From NCBI GenBank assembly GCA_965223705.1, contig OZ245015.1, forward strand, positions 2,112,001-2,176,000: a DNA stretch of 64,000 nucleotides, read 5' to 3'. Both the position numbers and the translations under genes were made by a program. The stretch comes from Myxococcota bacterium (GTDB lineage Bacteria; Myxococcota_A; UBA9160; UBA6930). The notes under the pieces are model-generated. The model saw nothing but the letters and a program-made list of their open reading frames with translations, was not told the DNA's origin and did not search any database. Positions 9,374 through 18,976 of the stretch are shown in pieces (the first letter of the stretch is position 1; each line of letters opens with the position of its first letter).

Positions 9374-10542
9374 CCCTGTTCGCCTTCAAACGCGAAGCGT
9401 CGGTCCGCCGCCGGGATCTCCGCTTCCTCGAGCCCCAGCTCCTTGCGCACGAGGTTCGTACCGCGCACCAGGGCGATGCATTTGTAGTAGGCAATGCGTC
9501 GCGACATCCCCTCGCGGCCGAACCCGCAATCGGCGCTGATGATCAGGCGCTCCGGCGGGACGTATTCGAGCGCTCGGCGGATGATGTCCGCGATCATTTC
9601 CGGCCGTTCGACCGTCGTGCGCGTGTGATCCACGACGCCGATCGCGATCTTCTTGTCCGTCGGGTACTGCTTCAGCAGCGACATGTCTCGGCCGTGATTG
9701 CTCGCACCTTCGAGCATGAGTACGTCGGCGTCGAGGGCCAATAGGTACGGCAGGGACCGTTCATAGCTCGGGCGCTCCCAGTAGAAGCTCTGCTGGTTCG
9801 GATTTCCCCAACACGTATGCGCCCAAATCTCGGTGGCAACGCCGGCCACCTCGCGGTTGAACGCCTCGGTGTAGAACTCGAGATCCTTGTCGGTCGCCGG
9901 AGGCGTCGCCGCGCACGCGAAGTGGTGCGGGGGTTCCTCCACCTGAATCACCGGACAACCCGCGTCCGCCAGCTCTCGGAGCTCCTCGTTCAGGGCGTCC
10001 GCGAGGGCGAGGACGAGATCCTGGTCGCTCGCGTAGTGCTCGTTCCAGAGCATCATCGGCAGGCAGCTCGCACTGATCGAACCGAACTTCACGGGCCGCT
10101 TGGTCATCCGCTGCGCGGTCTTCCAAGCCGCCGTGAAGTGAAGCGGCCCGCGGGTCACGGGGCCGGTCACCGCCGGCGGGTGGTAAGCCTCCTGGACCTC
10201 GTAGAGGATGTCGCCCGGCGCCATATCGGCGTACTCGAGGAAGTGCGACGAGTCGCGAAACCCACCGATGCCGTTGAGACGCTCGATGGTGTAGAAGAAC
10301 CACGAGCGGCCACCGACCTCGAGATCGAATCGCGCATCGCCATCGACGAGGATGTCGAGCCCGGCTCTTTCTTGTTCATTGATGTAACAAGCCACCGCGT
10401 CGGTGTATTGCTCGCGGTAGAGGGAATCACCCAGCGCCACTTTGAGGGGACGACCCCGCAGGCTCTCGGTGTACCACGCGGGGCGTGGAAAGGAACCCAC
10501 CATGGCGGTGGGGAGCACGAGGTCGGCAGTGGCATTCAGCAT
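9370..10542 (-). CDS. Cobalamin-independent methionine synthase II family protein (MetE C-terminal-like)
   Basis: VGSFPRP, QERAGLDILVDG. Zn ligands HTCWGN, E and DCGF. Confidence 0.85.
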   Translation of the reverse strand: MLNATADLVLPTAMVGSFPRPAWYTESLRGRPLKVALGDSLYREQYTDAVACYINEQERAGLDILVDGDARFDLEVGGRSWFFYTIERLNGIGGFRDSSHFLEYADMAPGDILYEVQEAYHPPAVTGPVTRGPLHFTAAWKTAQRMTKRPVKFGSISASCLPMMLWNEHYASDQDLVLALADALNEELRELADAGCPVIQVEEPPHHFACAATPPATDKDLEFYTEAFNREVAGVATEIWAHTCWGNPNQQSFYWERPSYERSLPYLLALDADVLMLEGASNHGRDMSLLKQYPTDKKIAIGVVDHTRTTVERPEMIADIIRRALEYVPPERLIISADCGFGREGMSRRIAYYKCIALVRGTNLVRKELGLEEAEIPAADRRFAFEGEQG

Positions 10543-10644
10543 CGTTACGGTTCTCCGCGGCGAGTTGACGGCGCTCCGAGAATCCTAACACCGCCGTCGA
10601 CCGATCGACCGATAACCCGGGAAAGACCGAGGGAGAATTCGAGT

Positions 10645-11733
10645 CTGTCCGACGCACGCCGCAAGAACCTCCGTCGGGCGCTCCGCGCTCTCGGGGCGGT
10701 GTGTCTGCTCGTCGTCCTGTTCGTATGGGTCGACCTCGCGACATTCTGGGAGAGCCTGGCCGCACTGAGCCCCGGTGTCGTCCTCTTGCTCGTCGCCTTG
10801 GCGACTCTCGACCGTTTCTTGATGGCCGGAAAGTGGCGTCATATCGCCGCGGGCACCGGGTTTCACGCGCCGATGGGCACTTTCCTCCGCGCCTATTACG
10901 GGGCGTCCTTCTTGAGCTACGTCCTGCCGACGACGATCGGCGGTGACGTCTACCGGGGAATGCGCGGCGCACGGGAAGCCCCTCTGTCGCGCGTGTTGGC
11001 CAGCATGGTGATGGAGCGGTGGGTCGGGGTCTTGGCGAGCCTGGTCTTGGCCGGGGCGGGTCTGATTTGGCTCCTCGCTGGCCCGAGCGGCTCAGCCGTG
11101 TTGTCGCTCCCGGGCGGGTTGCCGGTCTGGCTCGGCGCCGGTCTCGCCGCACTGTTTGCGTCGCTGTGGTTGTCGTTCCAGCCGGGACCCCAGGCGGGGC
11201 TCCTGCGGCTGGCCGGGCGGCTCGGCCTCGCCGGCCCCATCGGGGCTTGGCTCGACGCCCACCGATCCTACGCCAGCCGGCCCGGCCTGCTGATCGTGAA
11301 CGGCCTGCTGGCGCTTCTGGAGAACGGGGTCCAGATCGCGATCCTGTTCGTCGCGGCACGCGAAATAGGGGTGGAAAACGCCACAATCGAGCTGTTGTCC
11401 GTTATTTCACTCGCACGTTTTGTCCGGAGGCTGTCGATGTTGCTAGACGGGTGGGGTTTCTCCGAGGCTCTGCATATCCTCCTGTTTGGGTGGATTGGGA
11501 TCGCCGGAGGGACCGCCTTGGCGATCTCCCTGGTGGGGCACGCGGCGGGCATCGTCGCCAGCCTTCCCGGGGCATGTTTTGTCTGGGTCGATCGTCGGGA
11601 CGTGAGAGCAGCTGGTGAACGAGTCCGCACAAACGACGAAGCTTCTGCGCCGGTTCCTCGTCCCGAGGTGGTTCGTAACACTGTTCTACGCGATCCGAGA
11701 TCGCGCGAAGGTGAGTCCTCGGGCGGAAGTTGA
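10645..11733 (+). CDS. Lysylphosphatidylglycerol-synthase TM (flippase-like) membrane protein; start uncertain
   Basis: Multi-TM. LPTTIGGDVYR and VMERWVG motifs. Candidate starts are CTG 10645 (after GGGAG) or GTG 10699. Confidence 0.7.
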   Translation: MSDARRKNLRRALRALGAVCLLVVLFVWVDLATFWESLAALSPGVVLLLVALATLDRFLMAGKWRHIAAGTGFHAPMGTFLRAYYGASFLSYVLPTTIGGDVYRGMRGAREAPLSRVLASMVMERWVGVLASLVLAGAGLIWLLAGPSGSAVLSLPGGLPVWLGAGLAALFASLWLSFQPGPQAGLLRLAGRLGLAGPIGAWLDAHRSYASRPGLLIVNGLLALLENGVQIAILFVAAREIGVENATIELLSVISLARFVRRLSMLLDGWGFSEALHILLFGWIGIAGGTALAISLVGHAAGIVASLPGACFVWVDRRDVRAAGERVRTNDEASAPVPRPEVVRNTVLRDPRSREGESSGGS

Positions 11734-12172
11734 GCTGACCTCACGACTCACGTTTGGGCGCGGCGTCACCGTGAGTTCCTTCACCAAGATCAAGGCCAGC
11801 GAAGGGCCGCTCACCATCGGAGAAAAGAGTGGCTTCGCGACCGGCTGTTTCTTAAGCGCTGGGGCCGCTGGGCTCGACATCGGACATCACGTGATCTGCG
11901 GCCCGAACGTCGCGATCGTGTCCCGCCACTACCGCCACACCGAACTCGACGTGCCCTTCGAAGAGCAGGGCCAGGAGTCCCAAGGGGTCTCCATCGGAAA
12001 CAACGTTTGGATCGGCGCGAATTCGACCGTCGTCGACGGTGCGGTCATCCGCGACAACACGATCGTCGTCGCAGGCAGTCTCGTGAATCGCCGCTATCCG
12101 CCGAACGTCGTACTCCAGGGCGCTCCCGCTCGCGTCATTCTGCGCCGGGGTAAGCCCGAGGACGACGCATGA
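11615..12172 (+). CDS. Hexapeptide-repeat acyltransferase
   Basis: Left-handed beta-helix repeats: IGNNVWIGANSTVVDGAVI...GAPARVI. Confidence 0.85.
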   Translation: MNESAQTTKLLRRFLVPRWFVTLFYAIRDRAKVSPRAEVELTSRLTFGRGVTVSSFTKIKASEGPLTIGEKSGFATGCFLSAGAAGLDIGHHVICGPNVAIVSRHYRHTELDVPFEEQGQESQGVSIGNNVWIGANSTVVDGAVIRDNTIVVAGSLVNRRYPPNVVLQGAPARVILRRGKPEDDA

Positions 12173-12468
12173 GAGCGGCTGTTGTGCGACTGGTTGAAAA
12201 GGCGATTGCCGAACTCAACCAGGAGCTCGAATACGAAGAGCTCGAGAAAATCACGGAAGCCACGCGGCTGCTCGGCGGCGACGCCGGTCTCGACTCGCTG
12301 TCGCTGGTCGCGCTCATCGTCGCGATCGAAGAGGATGTCCAGGACCAGTTTGGCCGCCCCGTCGTTCTTGCGGACGAGCGGGCGATGTCCCGCAAGAACT
12401 CCCCGTACCGAACGGTGGGAGCGCTGGTAGATTTCGTCGTCGAGCGACTCGGTTCGTGCAATGGATGA
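12169..12468 (+). CDS. Acyl carrier protein
   Basis: Acidic 99-aa protein with phosphopantetheine site GLDSLSLV. ATGA overlap. Confidence 0.85.
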   Translation: MRAAVVRLVEKAIAELNQELEYEELEKITEATRLLGGDAGLDSLSLVALIVAIEEDVQDQFGRPVVLADERAMSRKNSPYRTVGALVDFVVERLGSCNG

Positions 12469-13186
12469 CGCCACGGAGCGCTCGCGCGAGGTCATGATCG
12501 TGACCGGGGCGAGTCGCGGAATCGGTCGCGCTCTCTGCGAGAACTACGCCGAGCGGGGCTTCGAGGTGTTCGGTTGCAGTCGCCGTGAGAGCGACCTCGA
12601 CCACCCGCAGTATCACCACGCACTCGTCGATGTCGGCGACGAGGACGACGTGCTGAAGTTCGTGCGCGAGGTCGGGAGCGCGTTTGGGCGGATCGACGCG
12701 CTCATCAACAACGCCGGTGTCGCTTCGATGAATCACGCGCTTCTCACGCCCATGCGGACCGTCGAGAACATCCTGCGGACGAACGTGCAGGGCAGCTTTC
12801 TGTTCTGCCGCGAGGCCGCCAAAGTGATGATGAAGCGGCGGCACGGGCGCATCGTCAATCTGGCGACGGTGGCGACCCCATTGCGGCTTGAAGGCGAAGC
12901 GATCTACGCCGCTTCAAAAGCGGCGGTGTGCTCGCTCACCGAGATCTTGGCGCGCGAGTTCGGGGACTTTGGCATCACGGTCAACGCCCTCGGTCCCACG
13001 CCGATCGAAACCGATCTCATCCGCGGTGTGCCGCGCGAAAAAATCGATCAATTGATCGAGCACCAGGCGGTGAAGCGAATGTGTACGTTTCGCGACATCG
13101 CGAACGCGATCGACTTCTTCCTCGCGCCGGATAGCGACTTCGTCACGGGGCAGGTCCTGTACCTGGGCGGAGTCCCGGGCCGTTGA
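12461..13186 (+). CDS. SDR, 3-oxoacyl-ACP reductase-like
   Basis: TGASRGIG, NNAG, YAASK. Confidence 0.88.
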   Translation: MDDATERSREVMIVTGASRGIGRALCENYAERGFEVFGCSRRESDLDHPQYHHALVDVGDEDDVLKFVREVGSAFGRIDALINNAGVASMNHALLTPMRTVENILRTNVQGSFLFCREAAKVMMKRRHGRIVNLATVATPLRLEGEAIYAASKAAVCSLTEILAREFGDFGITVNALGPTPIETDLIRGVPREKIDQLIEHQAVKRMCTFRDIANAIDFFLAPDSDFVTGQVLYLGGVPGR

Positions 13187-14535
13187 CGCCCGACGCGTTC
13201 GTCGACCGTCTTCGGAAATTCGGCGATCGCAGCGCGCTCCTGTCGGATCGAGGAGAAGTTTCGTACGTCGAATTGCTGGCGGCGGTGGACCGCTTTGAGA
13301 GCGAGCTGTTGTCGCGCGGCGTGTCTCCCCGCGAGATCATCGCGATCGCCTCGGATTTTTCTCTCGAGGGAGTCGCGCTCCTACTCGCCGCGATGCGCTC
13401 GGGCGCCATCGCCCTGTTGCTCCCGACGACTTCGGCGCGGGAGCCCGTTCTGGCGAACGCGGTCTCCGCGCGTGGGATCTACGTCGAGATAGGTGACGGG
13501 GGTCTCCGTTGGCAGGGACTCGCCGCCGGAGACGCGCCGCCCGCGACCGTGACGGAATCTCTCGGGCCCGGCCGTGGCGGGTTCGCCATCTACACGTCGG
13601 GCTCTGAAGGATCGCCAAAAGCTGTGCTGCACGCCTCCTGGCGGTGGCTCTCGAAGTACGAACGTCGGGGCAAGCCGCTGCGTACGTTGGCGTTCCTGCT
13701 GTTCGATCACATCGCCGGCCTCGATACGCTCTTCTATACGCTCGGCGCGGGCGGCACACTCGTTCTCACCCGGGATCGCAGCCCGGACGGGGTGTGCGCG
13801 GCAATCGAGCGGTTCGGTGTCGAAGTGCTTCCGACGTCGCCGACGTTTTGCCGCCTGCTTTGCCTGGGGGACGCCCCCGAACGCTTTGACCTGTCGACCC
13901 TCCGAACCTTGGCGTACGGGTCCGAGCCCATGTCCGAGGCCACGCTCGCGGCACTGGCGGAGCGTCTGCCGGGCGTGGAGCTCGTGCAACGCTACGGCAC
14001 CTCGGAGCTCGGCAGTCCGGCGAGTCGATCGCGGAGCGGTAAGAGCACCTGGCTCTCGATTCGCCCCGACGACCTCGAGGTCGACGTCCGCGACGGACTG
14101 CTCTGGGTCCGTTCCGAGCGAGCGATGCTCGGTTACCTCAATGCGCCCCAACCGTTCGACGCCGACGGGTGGTACTGCACCGGGGATCGCGTCGAACGCG
14201 ATGGCGATTGGCTCCGCATCCTCGGGCGCGACTCGGACTGGATCAATGTCGGTGGCGAGAAGGTTTCGCCCCAGGAAGTCCGGGCCGTTCTCGAGGAGCT
14301 CCCCTATGTGCGATCGGCGCGCGTCGCTGGCTTGGCCCACGCGATTCTCGGTGAGGTGGTTCACGCCTCACTCGCGCTCACCGAGGACGCTCCGCGCGGA
14401 GCTGCACTGCGAAGAGCGGTTCGTGCACATTGCCGAGGGACGCTCGATCCGCACAAAGTGCCGGTCAAGATCGAGGCGGTGTCCGACGCGGAGACCCTCG
14501 GTGCGAAAGGTCGAAGGCTCGCTCCGAAGGGGTAG
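13183..14535 (+). CDS. AMP-binding acyl-CoA/acyl-ACP ligase
   Basis: YTSGSEGSPK, YGTSE, TGDRV, INVGGEKV. TTGA overlap. Confidence 0.88.
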   Translation: MTPDAFVDRLRKFGDRSALLSDRGEVSYVELLAAVDRFESELLSRGVSPREIIAIASDFSLEGVALLLAAMRSGAIALLLPTTSAREPVLANAVSARGIYVEIGDGGLRWQGLAAGDAPPATVTESLGPGRGGFAIYTSGSEGSPKAVLHASWRWLSKYERRGKPLRTLAFLLFDHIAGLDTLFYTLGAGGTLVLTRDRSPDGVCAAIERFGVEVLPTSPTFCRLLCLGDAPERFDLSTLRTLAYGSEPMSEATLAALAERLPGVELVQRYGTSELGSPASRSRSGKSTWLSIRPDDLEVDVRDGLLWVRSERAMLGYLNAPQPFDADGWYCTGDRVERDGDWLRILGRDSDWINVGGEKVSPQEVRAVLEELPYVRSARVAGLAHAILGEVVHASLALTEDAPRGAALRRAVRAHCRGTLDPHKVPVKIEAVSDAETLGAKGRRLAPKG

Positions 14536-14626
14536 GCGTTCCTATCCGTTGACTCAGGTCAAGTAGGGAGCCGGATCGGGCGATGTCATCGGGGACCCCG
14601 TGCGCGGGTAACCCGGGAAACGCCCC

Positions 14627-16843
14627 ATGCCGAAACTATTTATCCTTCCGTTTGCTTCTCCTGCCGACCTCGAGACGCTCGCGACTGCGGTGTCTCAGGC
14701 GATCCCGAGCGATGTGCTCCTGGGGGACCTCTCGCCGCCCGAGCAGGCCTCGCTCTGGGACGTCGAGCGGGTCGCCGGGGACTTCTACGTCTTCGGTCGC
14801 GGCAACTTGGGCCGCGGCAATTTGCCGGGGCGGAAGGACACCTGGGCGCGGGTCGCAGCCGGCGATGTGATGCTGCTCGCGACGGAAGGTCGCTACCGCT
14901 ACGGCTTTCGCATCCTCGCGACGGTTACCGAGAAACTCGCCGACCGGATGCTGGAGGGCGCCGATCGGAAGCGATCGGTCGGCTCGCCCGCATTTCTCGT
15001 CAGCGAGCCCGAGGTGGTCGACCGCGCGATCATGAGTTCCATCGCCACGACGGCCGGGCCGGGCAACGCCCTCGGCGAAGTTCCCGAAGCCGCGATTCGC
15101 GCCTTGGAGAACTCCCACGGATCACTGGACGCGTTCCTGCGCGACGCGGTCGGGGCGGAGCGAACCGCGAGTTGCAGCGTTCCGACCGAAGAGGTCGTGC
15201 CGCCCTTGAAAGAGTCACCCCGGAAAGGGTCGAAGTCGGCCGCGCCGAAGAAAGAAATCGCGGATACCGGGGATCCCGAGCTCAACGAACGGCTCATCGC
15301 GAAAAAGAAACGCCGCCGAACGCGCGCAGCCGCGGTGCCGGAACTCGATCTCGAGTTGGATTTCGATCACAGCGCCGTGACAGGCGGGCTGGCGACCGCT
15401 CGGCGAGTGATGGTCGACCTCGCGGCGCTTTCGCTCGCACTCCTTCTTGTGTTCTCCCTCGTGCGCGGGTTGATGGCCGACCGGCTGTGGGTCGACCCGA
15501 TCAGCGTGCCGCAGTCCATGGCCGCGGAAGGCATGGGTGAAACGTTCGTCGCGCTTCAGCTCGTCGACGCGATCGATGACATCCGCCTCGAGGTCTCGGA
15601 GCGCTCGGGGGAGGGCCTGCTCGGGAGTTGGGGTGTGGGCGAACCCGTCGCGACGGCGTCGGCCAGCTCCTGGGAACACCTTCTCGCGAATTTGCGCGGC
15701 CTCGTCGGCAACGCCGACCCTCATGTACGCGGCGGTTTGATGCGGCGAGCCACAGGGCTCGGCGCGAGGTTGCGCCTCGCCGGGGAGTCGATTTCGTTGG
15801 ACGGTCCCGTCTACAACGATGCGTTCATCGACGACGCGGCCGAGGGCATCGTCCGCTACGCCGAGCCCGTCGTATTTTCGAGCTACCTCACACTGGCGGC
15901 CGAAGACGAACTCGGAGAGAAACGCTACGTGGAAGCGGAGCGTCTCGCTCGCGACGCCCTCGACTTGGCACCGGAGCAGGCGCGCGCCCACGTTGTGTGG
16001 GGGGCGGCGCTCGCGGGCTTGGGCAACCCCGAGGCTGCGATCGAGCATTATGAGCAAGCCGAAAGACTCAACGCCGAGCTCCCCATCCTGCATCGCCGTT
16101 GGGCCGAAGCCGAGCTCGCTCTGGGGGAGACGGCGCGCGCCGAAGAGCGCTTTGCCCGCGCAGTCACCGGCGAAACGGGCACCGCGACCTGGTTGACGGA
16201 TTGGGCGGAGCTCCTCCGCGAGCAAGGTGCCTACCAGGAAGCGCAGCGTCACCTCGAACGGGCCACCGAGCTCGAGCCCACGCGCGCGTCGGCTTGGAAC
16301 AACTGGGGCCTGGTGCTGCGGGCGCAGGGAGATTTTACGGGCGCACTCGCGAAGTACCGGCGCGCGGCGGAGCTCGATCCCGAGAACGCACAGATCTACT
16401 ACAACTGGGGCAACGCGCTCAACGCGATGAAACAGTTCGACGACGCGATCGAGAAGTACAGCATCGCGGCGACGCGAGATCCGGAGTTTGCGCCGGTGCA
16501 CAACAACTGGGGGGTCGCACTCGCGAGCAGCGGGAACCACGGTGCAGCCATCGACCAGTACCGTCTCGCCGTCGAACTCGACGCCGAATACACCGAGGCG
16601 ATCAGCAACTGGGGGCTCGCACTTCACGAGCTCGAAGACTATGTCGGGGCGGAGGAGCGCTTCGCCGCGGCGAGTCAGATCGATCCGAACTCTGCGGCCG
16701 TGTACTACAACTGGGGACGTGCGCTCCACGCGCGGCGGCGGATCGACGACGCTGTGGCGAAGTACGAGCGAGCGATGGAACTCGATCCCGAGAGCTTTGC
16801 CTTTGTCGGCAATCGCATCGAAACGATGCGCGAGGATCGCTGA
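14627..16843 (+). CDS. Membrane-anchored TPR protein with an N-terminal PUA/EVE-like domain
   Basis: About 175-aa N-terminal domain, Lys/Arg-rich linker, one TM (LAALSLALLLVFSLV), then many TPRs (AWNNWG, YYNWG, HNNWG). Confidence 0.8.
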   Translation: MPKLFILPFASPADLETLATAVSQAIPSDVLLGDLSPPEQASLWDVERVAGDFYVFGRGNLGRGNLPGRKDTWARVAAGDVMLLATEGRYRYGFRILATVTEKLADRMLEGADRKRSVGSPAFLVSEPEVVDRAIMSSIATTAGPGNALGEVPEAAIRALENSHGSLDAFLRDAVGAERTASCSVPTEEVVPPLKESPRKGSKSAAPKKEIADTGDPELNERLIAKKKRRRTRAAAVPELDLELDFDHSAVTGGLATARRVMVDLAALSLALLLVFSLVRGLMADRLWVDPISVPQSMAAEGMGETFVALQLVDAIDDIRLEVSERSGEGLLGSWGVGEPVATASASSWEHLLANLRGLVGNADPHVRGGLMRRATGLGARLRLAGESISLDGPVYNDAFIDDAAEGIVRYAEPVVFSSYLTLAAEDELGEKRYVEAERLARDALDLAPEQARAHVVWGAALAGLGNPEAAIEHYEQAERLNAELPILHRRWAEAELALGETARAEERFARAVTGETGTATWLTDWAELLREQGAYQEAQRHLERATELEPTRASAWNNWGLVLRAQGDFTGALAKYRRAAELDPENAQIYYNWGNALNAMKQFDDAIEKYSIAATRDPEFAPVHNNWGVALASSGNHGAAIDQYRLAVELDAEYTEAISNWGLALHELEDYVGAEERFAAASQIDPNSAAVYYNWGRALHARRRIDDAVAKYERAMELDPESFAFVGNRIETMREDR

Positions 16844-16890
16844 CCCGAAAAGCCTCCGGGTTTTTTCACCCACTTCAAAAGTGGGGGTTT
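16844..16890 (+). terminator. Possible intrinsic terminator region
   Basis: CCCG..CGGG followed by a T-run, then the hairpin CCCACTT-CAA-AAGTGGG. Confidence 0.4.
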
Positions 16891-16945
16891 CTCGTACCTT
16901 GCGGAGGTGTCTGCGGCGCCTAACTTGCTCGGTCCCCGGAGAGAC

Positions 16946-17677
16946 ATGAGCGCCGCACCCGTCGCCAATCGATCGGACCGACTCCGCACCTCCGGCCGTC
17001 GGTCCCCTAAGCCGCGAACCGAGATCGTCGAAGCGACGCGCTTTCGTCGTGCCCGCGAACGCATGGTGCAGCGGCTGGCCGAGCGCGGCGTCGAAGACGC
17101 GCGCGTCCTCCGGGCGCTTCGCGACATCCCTCGCCACGAGCTCGTACCCGATGCTCTCCGAGAGCGTGCGTACGATGATTGCTCGTTGCCGATCGGCGGC
17201 GGCCAGACGATTTCCGCACCGTATGTCGTGGCATTGATGAGCGAGCGGCTCAAGCTCACGGGCTCCGAACACGTGCTCGAGATCGGCACCGGCTCCGCGT
17301 ATCAGTGCGCGGTATTGGCGCGCCTCGCCGGACGCGTCACGTCGCTCGAACGATTGCCGTCCCTCGCCAATGGCGCGCGTTCGGCACTCGATCGACTGGG
17401 GATCGACAACGCCGTCGTGTACCTGGGCGACGGCACGCGCGGTCGCCCGGCGGATGGCCCGTTCGACGCCATTGTCGTCACAGCAGCAGGACCGGAAGTG
17501 CCCGAGCCTCTGCTCGACCAACTCGCCGTCGGCGGACGCTTGATCGGTCCCTTCGGGCCGAGAGACGCACAGCAATTGGTCCACGTGGAGCGCCTGGCCA
17601 CCGGTCGACTGGCACAAACCACGGTCGCGTCGTGCCGCTTCGTCGATCTCGTGGGGGCCCACGGGTGGGCCCGCTAG
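16946..17677 (+). CDS. pcm: Protein-L-isoaspartate O-methyltransferase
   Basis: GQTISAPY, VLEIGTGSAYQ, PFDAIVVTAA. GGAGA before ATG 16946; GTG 16907 is an alternative start. Confidence 0.92.
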   Translation: MSAAPVANRSDRLRTSGRRSPKPRTEIVEATRFRRARERMVQRLAERGVEDARVLRALRDIPRHELVPDALRERAYDDCSLPIGGGQTISAPYVVALMSERLKLTGSEHVLEIGTGSAYQCAVLARLAGRVTSLERLPSLANGARSALDRLGIDNAVVYLGDGTRGRPADGPFDAIVVTAAGPEVPEPLLDQLAVGGRLIGPFGPRDAQQLVHVERLATGRLAQTTVASCRFVDLVGAHGWAR

Positions 17678-18360
17678 CCCGCCGCACCCTGGCCCTTTTC
17701 GCTGCGGCGGCACTCGGCTTGGCGGGTTGCACGACGCCACCACCCAAGCGCAAGCGCGCAGTGATGCAGCCTCCGCCATCACCCACCCTACACACGGTAA
17801 AGCGGGGAGAAACCGTGTGGCGGATCGCCGGTTACTACGGCGTGTCCTCCCAGTCGATTATCCGGGCGAACCGGATCGCCGATGTGAGGAAGCTCCTGCC
17901 GGGGCGCAATCTACTCATCCCAGGAGGCCGCAAGAAGCCACCGGTTGCGGCATTGCCGCCGGCGAATCCGCGCCCGCCGCGTGGGAATCGGCTGACGTTC
18001 GCATGGCCCGTTCGGGGCACGCTGACCTCCCACTACGGACGTCGTTGGGGGAGACACCACCAAGGCATCGATATCGGGGCGCGCTCGGGAACGAAGGTGG
18101 CGGCGGCGGAACGCGGGCGGGTCAAATACAGCGGAAGCGGTCTCGGAGCGTACGGGAACGTCGTCATCATCGAGCATCCGGGCGGGTTCGAAACCGTGTA
18201 CGCACACAACCGGCGCAATCGGGTGCGACGCGGTGACATCGTCCGCAAGGGTCAGGTCATTGCCGAGGTCGGCGCCACCGGGAACGCCACGGGTCCGCAC
18301 CTCCACTTCGAAATTCGCTCGAACAACAAAGCCCACAATCCCATGCGCTATCTGCCCTAG
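17665..18360 (+). CDS. nlpD: LysM + M23 peptidase lipoprotein (NlpD-like)
   Basis: Lipobox LAGC. LysM HTVKRGETVWRIA. M23 motifs HQGIDI and GPHLHFE. Follows pcm. Confidence 0.85.
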   Translation: MGPLARRTLALFAAAALGLAGCTTPPPKRKRAVMQPPPSPTLHTVKRGETVWRIAGYYGVSSQSIIRANRIADVRKLLPGRNLLIPGGRKKPPVAALPPANPRPPRGNRLTFAWPVRGTLTSHYGRRWGRHHQGIDIGARSGTKVAAAERGRVKYSGSGLGAYGNVVIIEHPGGFETVYAHNRRNRVRRGDIVRKGQVIAEVGATGNATGPHLHFEIRSNNKAHNPMRYLP

Positions 18361-18435
18361 CGCTCGAAAACGGCCCCGACCCACGGGGACTCGCGCTCTG
18401 GTATCCTGCCCGCGCTGCAACGCGGAAGGAAGCCC

Positions 18436-18957
18436 ATGGATCACGCCGAGCTCCGACAGTTCGTCCGGGACATCCCCGATTTCCCTGAGGCGGGGATTCT
18501 CTTTCGAGACATCACGCCGCTGCTCCTTGAGCCCAAGGCGTTCGCCTCGGCTTTGGATGCGATCGCGTCGCCGTTCGTCGATGCGAGCATCGACCGTGTG
18601 GTGGGGATCGAGTCTCGCGGGTTCATTTTCGGCGCGCCGATTGCGGAACGTCTCGGCGCGGGTTTTGGTCTGGTGCGAAAAGCCGGGAAGCTCCCCTACG
18701 AGACGCACCAGAAAGAGTACGACCTCGAGTACGGCACCGACACGATCGAGATGCATACCGACACCGTCGCGGCGGGCCAGCGCGTTCTCCTGGTCGACGA
18801 CGTAATTGCGACCGGGGGCACGGCGGCCGCGGCCGAGGCGCTGATCGGAGAGGCGGGCGGAACGGTGGTCGGCTGCACGTTTCTCGTGGAGCTCGACGCG
18901 CTCGGGGGTCGCCAGCGACTCGGCACGGCGCGCGTCCACAGCGTGATTCACTACTAG
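18436..18957 (+). CDS. apt: Adenine phosphoribosyltransferase
   Basis: IPDFPEAGILFRDIT, GIESRGF, VDDVIATGGT. Confidence 0.95.
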   Translation: MDHAELRQFVRDIPDFPEAGILFRDITPLLLEPKAFASALDAIASPFVDASIDRVVGIESRGFIFGAPIAERLGAGFGLVRKAGKLPYETHQKEYDLEYGTDTIEMHTDTVAAGQRVLLVDDVIATGGTAAAAEALIGEAGGTVVGCTFLVELDALGGRQRLGTARVHSVIHY

Positions 18958-18976
18958 CCGAGGGCGAGGGAACAAT

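Noticed and set aside
9817..10644. Long N-terminal extension of the flippase-like ORF (similar extensions at 2596, 28578, 34802, 41011, 49067)
   Set aside because: The extensions overlap other real genes. Family-like sequence and SD or coupling signals start further downstream.
11615..11733. 119-nt same-strand overlap as evidence of a frameshift or dual coding
   Set aside because: The overlapping tail of the upstream protein is low-information and most simply a run-on to the next stop. It cannot be resolved without reads or homologs.
15900..16800. Recurring AACTGGGG motifs as a DNA repeat or CRISPR array
   Set aside because: They are the NWG codons of TPR repeats inside an open reading frame.
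15215..17782. 855-aa minus-strand ORF and many other long overlapping ORFs (e.g. 6219-7691, 22772-24205, 56006-57463)
   Set aside because: They are antisense shadows of well-supported genes, have no motifs, and are expected at high GC.
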